The translations under genes were made by a program, and so were the position numbers. A stretch of 64,000 nucleotides of DNA. It comes from Sphingomonas sp. Its GTDB lineage: Bacteria; Pseudomonadota; Alphaproteobacteria; Sphingomonadales; Sphingomonadaceae. The notes beneath the pieces were generated by a model. That model did no database searches, was not told where the DNA came from, and saw only the letters and a list, made by a program, of their open reading frames with translations. Shown in pieces: positions 10,993 to 20,831 of the stretch (position 1 is the first letter of the stretch; each line of letters begins with the position of its first letter). The stretch is taken from the NCBI GenBank assembly GCA_037200705.1, contig JBBCID010000011.1, positions 248,148 to 312,147 of the forward strand, in the 5' to 3' direction.

Positions 10993-11924
10993 CCCCGTCG
11001 CGCGCCGCGATCGTCGCGACCGCGCAGGAGCGAATCGCGCGCGGATCGAGGAGCTTCGCGGCGGCGAGCCGGCTGTTCGACCGCGAGACGCGCGAGCGCG
11101 CGTGGCTGCTCTACGCCTGGTGCCGCCGCTGCGACGATCTCGCCGACGGGCAGGATCACGGCCATGGCGGCGGGCCGGTCGCCGATCCCGAGGCGCGGCT
11201 GGCGGCGATCCGCGCGCGCACCGCGGCGGCGCTCGACGACGACTGGGTGGGCGACGCGGCGTTCGACGCGCTCCGGATCGTCGTCGCCGAGACGGGCATC
11301 CCGCACCGCCTGATCCACGACGTGATCGAGGGCTTCGCGCTCGATGCCGCCGGGTGGCGACCGCGGACCGACGAGGATCTGATGCGCTATTGCTATCATG
11401 TCGCGGGCGCGGTCGGCTGCATGATGGCGGTGGTGATGGGCGTGCCGCCCGACGACGCCGCGACGCTCGACCGCGCCTGCGACCTCGGGATCGGCTTCCA
11501 GCTCGCCAATTTCGCGCGCGACCTCGCCGACGACGATCGCGCGGGCCGATGCTACCTGCCCGTCGAATGGCTGGCGGAGATGGGGATCCCGCCGGACGCG
11601 GCGATGGCGCCGGCGCACCGCCGCCCGCTCGCGCTGCTCGCGGGCCGGCTCGCCGCGCGCGCCCACGCCTATGCCGCGAGCGGGCGCGCGGGAACGCCCG
11701 AGCTCGGGCTGCGCTCGGCCTGGGCGGTGCTCGCGGCGGCGGGGATTTATGGCGACATCGCGCGCAAGGTCGCCGAGCGCGGCGAGCGCGCGTGGGATCG
11801 GCGCGCCGCGACCGCGCCGTTCGAGAAGCTCGGCTGGATCGCGCGCGCGCTCGGCCAGGCGCTGCGGCGGGAGCGGCTCTATCCGGCGAATTCGCGCGCC
11901 GGATTGTGGACGCGGCCGCGTTAA
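10989..11924 (+). CDS. crtB: Phytoene synthase
   Basis: GSRSFAAAS, LYAWCRRCDDLADG, YCYHVAGAVG, FQLANFARDLADD. Confidence 0.95.
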   Translation: MTPSRAAIVATAQERIARGSRSFAAASRLFDRETRERAWLLYAWCRRCDDLADGQDHGHGGGPVADPEARLAAIRARTAAALDDDWVGDAAFDALRIVVAETGIPHRLIHDVIEGFALDAAGWRPRTDEDLMRYCYHVAGAVGCMMAVVMGVPPDDAATLDRACDLGIGFQLANFARDLADDDRAGRCYLPVEWLAEMGIPPDAAMAPAHRRPLALLAGRLAARAHAYAASGRAGTPELGLRSAWAVLAAAGIYGDIARKVAERGERAWDRRAATAPFEKLGWIARALGQALRRERLYPANSRAGLWTRPR

Positions 11925-11978
11925 CCATTGCCGGGAAGGAGACGCTAATCCCGCACGGCGCAGAGCGTGCGAGTGACC

Positions 11979-12176
11979 ATGCTCTCGCTCCGCCTCTCGC
12001 GCGCGCTCGCCCAGGGCCGCGCCGCCCCGCCCCGGCCGGTGACCCGCGCCGACCTGCTCGCGACGCTGCTGCGCAAGCGCGCCGCCGCGCACAATGCCGG
12101 CGCCGGCGAGCTCGAGGCGCTGCTGCGCGACCAGATCCGCTGGGCGCTGCCGATCGAGCGCGAATTCGCCGACTGA
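11979..12176 (+). CDS. Small hypothetical protein
   Basis: 65-aa ORF with host-like codon usage filling the gap after crtB. Confidence 0.55.
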   Translation: MLSLRLSRALAQGRAAPPRPVTRADLLATLLRKRAAAHNAGAGELEALLRDQIRWALPIEREFAD

Positions 12177-12180
12177 GCCG

Positions 12181-12231
12181 CGCGGGGCTTGGCAAGCCCC
12201 GCGACTTGCGCTCCCCTGGCGCCGGGGAGCG
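12181..12231. terminator. Two adjacent GC-rich hairpins
   Basis: CGCGGGGCTTG/CAAGCCCCGCG and CGCTCCCC/GGGGAGCG; no clear U-tract. Confidence 0.35.
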
Positions 12232-12238
12232 ACTCGCG

Positions 12239-12577
12239 ATGATCAACGGCGCACATGTCATCGTCTATTCGACCGACGCCGAGGCGGACCGCGCGCTGCT
12301 GCGTGAGGTGCTTCGATTGCCCCATGTCGATGTCGGGCATGGCTGGCTGATTTTCGGGCTGCCCCCGGCCGAGGTGGCGGTGCATCCCTCGGACGAGAAC
12401 GACCTCCACCAGCTCTATCTGATGTGCGACGATCTCGACGAGACGGTCGCCGAGCTGGCGGCGAAGGGAGTCGCGTGCGAGGCCGAGCATAGCGAGCGCT
12501 GGGGCCGGGTCACCGCGATCCGCCTGCCCGGCGGCGGCAAGCTCGGGCTTTACGAGCCCCGCCACGCCCGACCCTAG
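12239..12577 (+). CDS. VOC/glyoxalase-family protein
   Basis: MINGAHVIVYS...LYLMCDDLDETVAEL...WGRVTAIRLPGGGKLGLYEP. Confidence 0.85.
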   Translation: MINGAHVIVYSTDAEADRALLREVLRLPHVDVGHGWLIFGLPPAEVAVHPSDENDLHQLYLMCDDLDETVAELAAKGVACEAEHSERWGRVTAIRLPGGGKLGLYEPRHARP

Positions 12578-12960
12578 GCCGCGCCCGAGGCTCCCGAGAC
12601 GACCACGCCCGCGAGCAGCGGCGCGGCGACCGCGGCGATCTGCATCCACAAGGGATGCGGCACTACCAGCACGATTGCGAGCCCGACGGCGGCGGTGATC
12701 CCCGCGACGATCCAGCCGGCCCAGGCCCAGCCGGCGATCCGCACCGCGATCAGCCCGCCGGCCAGCGCGGCGATGAACGAGGCGCCGGCAATCATCGCCT
12801 GCGCGGTCATCGGCGCGGCGGCGATCGACGCGGCGAAAGCGGCGCGATCGCGGAAATCGGCGTCGGGCCAGCCGAACAGCCGGTGATCGAGCAAGGTCAG
12901 GCCATAGAACGCCCCGCCCGCGATCGCCGCGCCGATCACCACGCCCAGCAGTTTGCGCAA
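12574..12960 (-). CDS. Hypothetical membrane protein
   Basis: 128 aa with about four hydrophobic segments. Confidence 0.7.
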   Translation of the reverse strand: MRKLLGVVIGAAIAGGAFYGLTLLDHRLFGWPDADFRDRAAFAASIAAAPMTAQAMIAGASFIAALAGGLIAVRIAGWAWAGWIVAGITAAVGLAIVLVVPHPLWMQIAAVAAPLLAGVVVSGASGAA

Positions 12961-13027
12961 TCCCGTGCCCCCCAGAACGCGTGCCGAATCCGCAGTCTAC
13001 CCCAGCGGAGGAAGGGGTGCCAGCGTT

Positions 13028-13267
13028 TCAGCCGCCGCGTGACCCAAGTCGGGACGCCGACGTGCCCGCCATCTGTTGGCCGCGCTGCTCGCACGAACCG
13101 CCGATCACGGGAAAAGCGAGGTCGGTGCTGCGCTCGAGCACCGCGGGCATCGCCGCCTGGCACGCCATCACGCTTTGATAGCGGACCGGCTCGACGCGCT
13201 GCTGGCGGCATTGCGCGCCGTCGTCGTCGCAGCCGAGGATCGCCAACACGAAATAGACCGGTTCCAT
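13028..13267 (-). CDS. Small Cys-containing hypothetical protein
   Basis: MEPVYFVLAILGCDDDGAQC...; GGGA RBS-like sequence upstream. Confidence 0.6.
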   Translation of the reverse strand: MEPVYFVLAILGCDDDGAQCRQQRVEPVRYQSVMACQAAMPAVLERSTDLAFPVIGGSCEQRGQQMAGTSASRLGSRGG

Positions 13268-13361
13268 CGCGCTTTCCCTTCGCGGCCAAAACCGATGGCG
13301 GGTGCCGGCGGTTCCGGCGAAGCGTTGCAACCGCGCGACGCATGCCCCAAATCCGCGTCCG

Positions 13362-15176
13362 ATGCCTCCCATGACTCCCGCCCCGGCGCCCGAGCGGCCG
13401 CTGCTCGGAACGCTCAAGCGGTTCCTGCCCTATCTGTGGCCCGCCGACGCGCCGGGATTGCGCGCGCGGATCGTGATCGCGCTGCTGCTCGTGGTCTGCT
13501 CGAAGCTCGTGCAGGTCTATGGCGCGCCGTTCGCGCTGCAGGGCGCGATCGACCGGATGGCGAGCGGGTCGCGCGATGCGGCGTGGCTCGTCGCGGCGCT
13601 GGTCGCGGGCTATGCCGCGGCGCGATTGGGCACGGTGGTGTTCGACAACCTGCGCAACGCGGTGTTCGAGCGCGTCGGGCAGGAAGCGACGCGGCGGCTG
13701 GCGTCGGACGTGTTCCGCCACCTCCACGCGCTGTCGCTGCGCTTCCACCTCGAGCGGCGGACCGGCGCGGTGACCAAGGTCGTCGAGCGCGGGACCAAGA
13801 GCATCGACACGATGCTCTATTTCCTCCTCTTCAACATCGCCCCGACGATCCTCGAGCTGGCGATGGTGATCCAGATCTTCGCCAGCCGCTATGGGATGTG
13901 GCTGGTCGCGGGCACCTGCACGATGGTGGTGGTCTATATCGCCTTCACCCGCTGGGTCACCGATTGGCGCGCCAAGCTCCGCCAGCAGATGAACGACCTC
14001 GATACCGGCGCGGTGGCGCATGCCGTCGATTCGCTGCTCAATTTCGAGACGGTCAAATATTTCAACGCCGAGGAGCGCGAGGCGAAGCGCTATGGCGATG
14101 CCGTTCGCGCCTACGCCAATGCCGCGGTGGTGAGCGAGAATTCGCTCGCCTGGCTCAACATCGGCCAGAGCCTGATCACCAATCTGATGCTGGGAAGCGG
14201 CATGGCGCTGGTGGTGTTCGGCTGGGCCGCGCACAAGTTCACCGCGGGCGACGTGGTGCTGGTCTCGACGTTGCTGTCGCAGCTGTTCCGCCCGCTCGAC
14301 CTGCTCGGGATGGTCTATCGCACGATCCGCCAGGGGGTGATCGACATGGCGGCGATGTTCGACCTGATCGACACGCCGTCCGAAGTGGTCGATGCGCCGG
14401 GTGCGCGGGCGCTCGATGTGACCGACGGGCATGTCCGCTTCGAGGGCGTGCATTTCGCCTATGATCCCGATCGCGAGATATTGAAGGGGATCGATCTCGA
14501 TATCCCGCCGGGCAGCACCGTCGCGGTGGTGGGGCCCTCGGGCGCGGGCAAGTCGACGCTCGCGCGGCTGATGTACCGCTTCTACGATCTGACCGGTGGG
14601 CGGATCACGATCGACGGGCAGGATATCGCCCAGGTCACCCAGGCGAGCCTGCGCGGATCGATCGGCATCGTGCCTCAGGATACCGTGCTGTTCAACGACA
14701 CGATCGGCTACAACATCGCCTATGGCCGCGAGGGCGCGGACGAGGCGGCGGTCGCCGATGCCGCGCGCGGGGCGGCGATCGCGGGGTTCATCCAGTCGCT
14801 GCCCCAGGGGTTCGCGACGCGCGTCGGCGAGCGCGGGCTCAAGCTTTCGGGCGGCGAGAAGCAGCGCGTCGCGATCGCGCGGACCTTGGTCAAGGACCCG
14901 CCGATCCTGATTCTCGACGAGGCGACCAGCGCGCTCGACAGCAAGACCGAGGCCGATATCCAGGCGACGCTCGAGGCGATCGAGCGCGGACGCACCACGA
15001 TCGTGATCGCGCACCGGCTCTCGACCGTGGTCCATGCCGATCGGATCGTCGTGCTCGAAAGCGGGCGCATCGCCGAGCAGGGCACGCATGCGCAGCTGCT
15101 GCGCAAGCAAGGGCTCTATGCCGAGATGTGGGCACGCCAGGCTCAGGAGCGCGAGGGCGAAGTCGCCGCGGAATAG
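13362..15176 (+). CDS. ABCB-family ATM1/HMT-like ABC transporter (fused permease and ATPase)
   Basis: RFHLERRTG, DSLLNFETVKYF, GPSGAGKST, LSGGEKQR, ILDEATSALD. Confidence 0.95.
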   Translation: MPPMTPAPAPERPLLGTLKRFLPYLWPADAPGLRARIVIALLLVVCSKLVQVYGAPFALQGAIDRMASGSRDAAWLVAALVAGYAAARLGTVVFDNLRNAVFERVGQEATRRLASDVFRHLHALSLRFHLERRTGAVTKVVERGTKSIDTMLYFLLFNIAPTILELAMVIQIFASRYGMWLVAGTCTMVVVYIAFTRWVTDWRAKLRQQMNDLDTGAVAHAVDSLLNFETVKYFNAEEREAKRYGDAVRAYANAAVVSENSLAWLNIGQSLITNLMLGSGMALVVFGWAAHKFTAGDVVLVSTLLSQLFRPLDLLGMVYRTIRQGVIDMAAMFDLIDTPSEVVDAPGARALDVTDGHVRFEGVHFAYDPDREILKGIDLDIPPGSTVAVVGPSGAGKSTLARLMYRFYDLTGGRITIDGQDIAQVTQASLRGSIGIVPQDTVLFNDTIGYNIAYGREGADEAAVADAARGAAIAGFIQSLPQGFATRVGERGLKLSGGEKQRVAIARTLVKDPPILILDEATSALDSKTEADIQATLEAIERGRTTIVIAHRLSTVVHADRIVVLESGRIAEQGTHAQLLRKQGLYAEMWARQAQEREGEVAAE

Positions 15177-15240
15177 CCTCGTGCCATCCATGGCCATCGC
15201 TGCGCGGTGCGCTATGTTCGGCGGGCTCAAAGGGGGAAAC

Positions 15241-16164
15241 ATGCTCGCGATCCTCGTCATCATCGGCATCGTGGCGCTGGCCGTGGCGAGCTGGTCGGCG
15301 TCGGTGTCGCGGCGCGCGGAGGCGATGGTCCCGCCCGATGGCGGCTTCGTCGACGTGCCCGGCGCGCGGCTGCATTTTGTCGATCGCGGGGAGGGACCGG
15401 CGATCGTGATGGTCCACGGGCTGATGGGGCAGCTCCGCAATTTCGCCGGGCTCGCCGATCGGATGGCGACCGATCACCGCGTGATCCTCGTCGATCGGCC
15501 CGGCTGGGGGCATTCTTCGGTGATCGGCAAGCGGCCGGGCATCGCGGCGCAGGCCGAGGCGATCGCCGCGCTGATCGACAAGCTCGGGCTCGATCGGCCG
15601 CTGGTGGTGGGGCACAGCTATGGCGGCGCGGTGTCGCTCGCGCTGGCGCTGGCGCATCCCGGGCGGGTGCGCGGGCTCGCGCTGATCGCGCCGGTGACGC
15701 AGCCGATCGCGACGCTGCCGCCGGTGTTCCGCGGGCTCGCCGCGCCCGCGCCGCTCCGGCCCGTGCTCGCCTGGCTGCTCGCGGTGCCGATGGGAGTGCT
15801 GAGCGGCCGCAAGGGCGCGGCGCAGGTGTTCGCGCCCGATCCGGTGCCCGCGGACTTCGCGGTGCGCGGCGGCGGCGCGCTGGCGGTGCGGCCCAAGAGC
15901 TTCCTCGCCGGATCGCACGACGTCGCGGTCGCCCGCGCGGAGCTCGAAGCGCTGGCGCCGCGCTATGGCGAGATCCGCGTGCCGGTGGCGATCCTGTTCG
16001 GGCGCGCGGACGCCCTGCTCGATCCGGCACGCAATGGCGAGAAGACCGCCGCCGCGATCCCGGGCGGCTCGATCGATCTGATCGAAGGCGGGCACATGCC
16101 GCTGGTCGCGCGCGCCGACGAGACCGCGGCCTGGCTGCGCGCGGTCTCGGCGCGCATGGGGTAG
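15241..16164 (+). CDS. Alpha/beta hydrolase
   Basis: HGLMG oxyanion motif, GHSYGG nucleophile, GGHM; N-terminal membrane anchor. Confidence 0.9.
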   Translation: MLAILVIIGIVALAVASWSASVSRRAEAMVPPDGGFVDVPGARLHFVDRGEGPAIVMVHGLMGQLRNFAGLADRMATDHRVILVDRPGWGHSSVIGKRPGIAAQAEAIAALIDKLGLDRPLVVGHSYGGAVSLALALAHPGRVRGLALIAPVTQPIATLPPVFRGLAAPAPLRPVLAWLLAVPMGVLSGRKGAAQVFAPDPVPADFAVRGGGALAVRPKSFLAGSHDVAVARAELEALAPRYGEIRVPVAILFGRADALLDPARNGEKTAAAIPGGSIDLIEGGHMPLVARADETAAWLRAVSARMG

Positions 16165-16214
16165 GGTATCTTCGGTCGGGTTGAATGGGGCGATACCGCC
16201 AGTCGGTAACTGCC

Positions 16215-16487
16215 CTAGCCGAGCAAATCGCGTTCCTCGGGATGCCGCGCCAGATAGGCGCGGACGAACGCGCATTCGGCGCGCACCTCGAGTCCGCGCG
16301 CGCGGGCGTCGGCGAGTGCGAAGGCAATCAGCCGGCTGGCGATCCCCTGTCCCTCGAGTGCGGGCGGGACATAGGTGTGGGTGAAGGCGATCACGCCGTC
16401 GGCGAGCCGATAGGCCGCGAAGGCAAGGTGGTTCTGTTCGACCAGCTCGTAGCGGCTGTGCGCCGGGTTGTCGTGGACGTCGCTCAC
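16215..16487 (-). CDS. Small GNAT N-acetyltransferase (YjdJ-like)
   Basis: DNPAHSRYEL...FTHTYVPPALEGQGIAS...CAFVRAYLARHPE. Confidence 0.9.
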   Translation of the reverse strand: MSDVHDNPAHSRYELVEQNHLAFAAYRLADGVIAFTHTYVPPALEGQGIASRLIAFALADARARGLEVRAECAFVRAYLARHPEERDLLG

Positions 16488-16577
16488 TACGGACCTCCCT
16501 GGCGCGGGCGCTCTCTCGACTTCCCGTGCGCGCGTCGATAGCGCTTGGAGCGCTTCACCCGAGGATAGAACGCCGCC

Positions 16578-17267
16578 ATGCGAGACATTTACGATTGGCG
16601 CCCGCAGATCGACGACAGCCCCACCCGGCGCAAGGAGAATTTTCCGGACATCCGGGACCCGATGTTCTGGGAGTTCTACGCGATCGGCAAGCGCTATTCG
16701 ATGCTCCACGTCACCGGCTTCTTCAACATCTGGTCGTCGGTGAGCTACGTCTGCGGGCGCGGGATCGCGGGAGGCTTCGTCGAATGCGGCGTGTGGCTGG
16801 GGGGCGCGTCGCTGTTCGCCGCGCTCGCTTTCGATCACTTCGGCCAGCAGCGCGAGCTCCTGCTCTACGATACCTTCGCGGGGTTTCCGAAGGACTCGTT
16901 CGACGTCAAGGACGGACAGAAGGTCCGGGGCCCTTCCTACCCGAGCTTCAGGGCGGCGGTCGAGGCGAACCTGCGCGAGCACGGCGTCGAGCGATTCCGG
17001 ATCGTCGAAGGCGCGGTCGAGGCTACGCTCGCCGAGTTCAGGCCGGCGGCGATCAGCATCCTGCGGCTCGACACCGATCATTACACCAGCACCAAGGCGG
17101 AGATGGACCATCTCTTCCCGATCCTGAGCCCTGGCGGCGTGCTGATCGTCGACGATTACGGCTTGTACGAGGGATCCCGAAGGGCGGTCGACGAGCATCT
17201 CGCCGCGCACGGCGCGCCGATGATGCTCGCGCGCATCGACAAGGGGATCCGGACCGGGATCAAATAG
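16578..17267 (+). CDS. TylF/MycF/NovP-family O-methyltransferase
   Basis: VECGVWLGG, YDTFAG, ILRLDTDHYTST, GGVLIVDDYG. Confidence 0.9.
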   Translation: MRDIYDWRPQIDDSPTRRKENFPDIRDPMFWEFYAIGKRYSMLHVTGFFNIWSSVSYVCGRGIAGGFVECGVWLGGASLFAALAFDHFGQQRELLLYDTFAGFPKDSFDVKDGQKVRGPSYPSFRAAVEANLREHGVERFRIVEGAVEATLAEFRPAAISILRLDTDHYTSTKAEMDHLFPILSPGGVLIVDDYGLYEGSRRAVDEHLAAHGAPMMLARIDKGIRTGIK

Positions 17268-17282
17268 GCTAGACGCACCAGC

Positions 17283-19050
17283 GTGACCGACCCCCTCGAC
17301 ATCCTTCGCACGACCTTCGGCTTCGCGGAATTCCGCGGGGTGCAGCGCCATGTGGTCGATCGCGTGCTGGCGGGCAAGCGCACGCTCGCGGTGATGCCGA
17401 CCGGCGCGGGCAAATCGCTGACCTATCAGCTCCCGGCGCTGGCGATGGAGGGGACATGCCTGGTGATCTCGCCGTTGATCGCGCTGATGCACGATCAGCT
17501 CCGCGCGGCCGAGGCGGTCGGCATCCGCGCAGCGACGCTGACCTCGGCCGACGACAATCGCGACGAGACGATCGAGCGCTTCCGAAGCGGACAGCTCGAC
17601 CTGCTCTATGCCGCGCCCGAGCGCGCATCGGGCGAGGGCTTTCGCAACCTGCTGCGGAGCGCGCGGCTGTCCTTGTTCGCGATCGACGAGGCGCATTGCG
17701 TCTCCGAATGGGGGCATGACTTCCGCCCCGACTATCGGCTGCTCCGGCCGCTGCTCGACGCCTTTCCCGAGGTGCCGCGGCTCGCGCTGACCGCCACCGC
17801 CGATGCGCACACCCGCGCCGACATCCTCGAGCAGCTCGGCATCCCCGCCGACGGGCTGATCGTCTCGGGGTTCGACCGGCCCAACATCCGCTATTCGATC
17901 GCCCCGCGCGAGAACACCGGCCAGCAGGTCGCCGACCTGCTCGCCGAGCATCCGGGGCCGGGAATCGTCTATGCGCAGACGCGGATGGCGGTCGAGAAGC
18001 TGGCGGAGAAGCTCGGGTCCGGGGGGCGGCCGGTGCTGCCCTATCACGCCGGGCTCGATCCTTCGGTCCGGCGGCGCAACCAGGCGGCGTTCGTCACCTC
18101 GGAGGAGATGGTGATCGTCGCGACGGTCGCGTTCGGGATGGGGATCGACAAGCCCGACGTCCGCTTCGTCGCGCATGCCGGGCTGCCCAAGTCGATCGAG
18201 GCCTTCTACCAGGAGACCGGCCGCGCCGGGCGCGACGGCGATCCGGCGGTGGCGCAGCTCTTCTGGGGCGCCGAGGATTTCGCCCGGGCGCGCCAGCGGA
18301 TCGGCGAGGTCGAGCCCGGGCGCCAGGCCGGCGAGCGGGCGCGGCTGGCGGCGCTGGGCGCGCTGGTCGAAACCGCGGGGTGCCGGCGCCGCATCCTGCT
18401 CAGGCATTTCGGCGAGGACGCGCCCGAGCAATGCGGCAATTGCGACAATTGCCTCAATCCGCCGCTGGGGGTTGATGCGACGGTGGTCGCGCAGAAATAT
18501 CTGTCGGCGGTGTTCCGCACCGGGCAGATGTTCGGCGCGGGCTATGTCGAGAACATCCTGTTCGGCCGATCGAGCGAGCGCAGCCTGATGAACGGGCACG
18601 AGCGGCTCTCGGTGTTCGGGATCGTCGACGGCGACGAAGCGGCGCTGGTCAAGCCGGTGGCGCGCGCGCTGCTGCTGCGCGATGCGCTCCGCGCCAATCC
18701 GCACGGCGGGCTCGAGTTCGGCCCCGGAGCGCGCGCGATCCTCAAGGGCGAGGCCGGGCTCGCGCTGGTGCTCCCGCCCCGGCGCGAGCGGCGGCGCAAG
18801 GCCAAGGCGGGCGCGGTGCCCAATCCGGTGGGCGATCCGCTGTTCGAGGCGCTCCGCGCCAAGCGTCGCGAGCTGGCGCAGGCGGCGCAGGTGCCGCCCC
18901 TACGTGATCTTCCACGACGCCACGCTGCGCGAGATGGCGGCGGCGCGGCCGCGATCGCTCGCCGAGCTGGCCAGTATCTCGGGCGTTGGCGCGCGCAAGC
19001 TCGAGGCTTATGGTGAGGCCTTCCTGCAAGTGATCTGTGAGGCGGCATGA
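17283..19050 (+). CDS. recQ: DNA helicase RecQ (frameshift near 18900)
   Basis: MPTGAGKS, IDEAHCVSEWGHDFRP, YQETGRAGRDG, CGNCDNC; HRDC domain continues in another frame. Confidence 0.95.
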
Positions 19051-19475
19051 TCCACAAACTCGACGACCAGGTATCGGTCGCCCCACAGATCGCGCCGGGC
19101 GAGCTCGGCGAGCTCGCCGAGGACGGCTTCGCGATGGTGATCAACAACCGCCCCGATCACGAGGAGCACGGCCAGCCGCTGGCGTCCGCGATCTGCGAGG
19201 CGGCGCGCGCGGCGGGGATGGACTATGTCGAGATTCCGGTGACGCCGGGCGGCTTCACCGCCGAGATGGTCGCGGCGATGGCCGACGCGCTGGCCAAGGC
19301 GAAGGGACCGGTGCTCGCCTTCTGCCGATCGGGAACGCGATCGACCAGCCTGTGGGCGCTGGCCGAGGCCAGCCGCGGCGTCTCCGCCGACGCGCTCATC
19401 ACCAAGGCCGCGGCGGCGGGCTACGATTTGTCGGGGCTCCGGCCGACGCTCGAGACGCTGGCGGCGCGCGCGTGA
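19047..19475 (+). CDS. TIGR01244/DUF442 sulfurtransferase-like protein
   Basis: VINNRPDHE, AFCRSGTRS. Confidence 0.9.
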   Translation: MIHKLDDQVSVAPQIAPGELGELAEDGFAMVINNRPDHEEHGQPLASAICEAARAAGMDYVEIPVTPGGFTAEMVAAMADALAKAKGPVLAFCRSGTRSTSLWALAEASRGVSADALITKAAAAGYDLSGLRPTLETLAARA

Positions 19476-19861
19476 ACTGGCTCCAGCTGGGCGGTTCGAT
19501 CGCGGCGATCCTGGTGCTCGCCGGGGTGGCGCGCGCGCTGCGGCTGGGCGAGAGCCGGATCGGCGGACCCGCCGATGCGCAGCGCTTCGCCGAGGAGATC
19601 CTCGCCGGCTTCGATGCCGGGCCCGCGCTGGTGAGCGAGGACGGCGGCGCGGCGATCGTCGCGGGCAACGGCACGATCGCGGTGCTCAAGCGCCATGGCG
19701 CGCATGTCGCGGCGCGCCGGCTGCTCGCGCCGCTGCCGCTCGCCCCCGCGATCGAGGGCGTGACGGTCAGGACCGGCGAGCGGATGTTCGGCGACGTGAC
19801 GCTGCTCGGCGTGCTCGAGGCCGAGGTCCGCGGGCTGGAAGCCTCGCTGACAAGCCTGTAA
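19472..19861 (+). CDS. Hypothetical membrane-anchored protein
   Basis: GTGA overlap with upstream gene; MNWLQLGGSIAAILVLAG. Confidence 0.7.
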   Translation: MNWLQLGGSIAAILVLAGVARALRLGESRIGGPADAQRFAEEILAGFDAGPALVSEDGGAAIVAGNGTIAVLKRHGAHVAARRLLAPLPLAPAIEGVTVRTGERMFGDVTLLGVLEAEVRGLEASLTSL

Positions 19862-19871
19862 GCAGGCGCGC

Positions 19872-20831
19872 GTGACGCTTCCCAATCCGGTCGATTATGC
19901 GGTGCCCGCGTTCGTCCTGCTCGTGCTGGCCGAGATGCTCGTCGCCCGGGCGAAGGACCGCAGGCGCTATGAGCCGCGCGACACGCTGACCTCGCTCGCG
20001 CTGGGGACGGGAAGCACGGTCGCGGGGGCGCTGTCGCTGGGGCTGGTCGTCGCGATGGCGACCTGGGTCTGGCAGTTCCGGATCTTCGAGATCGGCTATC
20101 AATGGTATTGGTTCGTGCTGTGCTTCGTGCTCGACGACTTCGCTTATTACCTGTTCCACCGATCCGCGCATCGCGTCCGCTGGTTCTGGGCGAGCCACGT
20201 CATCCACCATTCGAGCCAGCACTATAATCTCTCGACCGCGCTTCGGCAGACCTGGACCGGCTTCCTCTCGATCGCCTTCGTCTTCCGGCTGCCGCTGTTC
20301 CTGATCGGGTTCCCGGTGCCGATGGTGCTGTTCGTCGGCGGGCTCAACCTGATCTACCAGTTCTGGATCCATACCGAGGCGATTCGGCGGATGCCGGGCT
20401 GGTTCGAGGCGGTGATGAACACGCCCTCGCACCACCGCGTCCACCACGCCACCAACGCGCGCTATCTCGACCGGAATTACGCCGGCGTGTTCATCGTCTG
20501 GGACCGCTGGCTCGGCAGCTTCGAGCCCGAGCGCGACGACGATCCTCCACGCTACGGCATCGTCAAGGATCTCGGCAGCTTCAACCTGCTATGGGCGGCG
20601 ACGCACGAATGGGTCGGGATCGCCCGGGACGTATGGCACGCCCCCACCTGGCGCGCGCGACTCCTCTACATGATCGCGCCGCCGGGCTGGAGCCATGACG
20701 GCAGCCGCGATACATCGGAAATGATCCGCGAGCGCTGGCGCGCCCGGGAGGAACGGGGGACCGCGTGGAAGAGGCCGACATCGTCGTCATCGGCGGAGGA
20801 TCGGGCGGGAGCGCCGCCGCGGGCCGCCTGA
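19872..20831 (+). CDS. Sterol desaturase/alkylglycerol monooxygenase-like protein
   Basis: HRSAH, HVIHHSS, LSTALRQ, HHRVHH, NYAGVFIVWDR; 3' end uncertain because it overlaps the next gene. Confidence 0.88.
   Translation: MTLPNPVDYAVPAFVLLVLAEMLVARAKDRRRYEPRDTLTSLALGTGSTVAGALSLGLVVAMATWVWQFRIFEIGYQWYWFVLCFVLDDFAYYLFHRSAHRVRWFWASHVIHHSSQHYNLSTALRQTWTGFLSIAFVFRLPLFLIGFPVPMVLFVGGLNLIYQFWIHTEAIRRMPGWFEAVMNTPSHHRVHHATNARYLDRNYAGVFIVWDRWLGSFEPERDDDPPRYGIVKDLGSFNLLWAATHEWVGIARDVWHAPTWRARLLYMIAPPGWSHDGSRDTSEMIRERWRAREERGTAWKRPTSSSSAEDRAGAPPRAA

Noticed and set aside
12936-18704. Very long antisense ORFs (834 aa, 829 aa and similar elsewhere)
   Set aside because: Shadow ORFs of high-GC genes. Only the C-terminal GNAT part of the 829-aa ORF is real.
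18890-18910. Programmed frameshifting in recQ and other genes
   Set aside because: Too many unrelated genes are affected and no shared slippery motif is evident.
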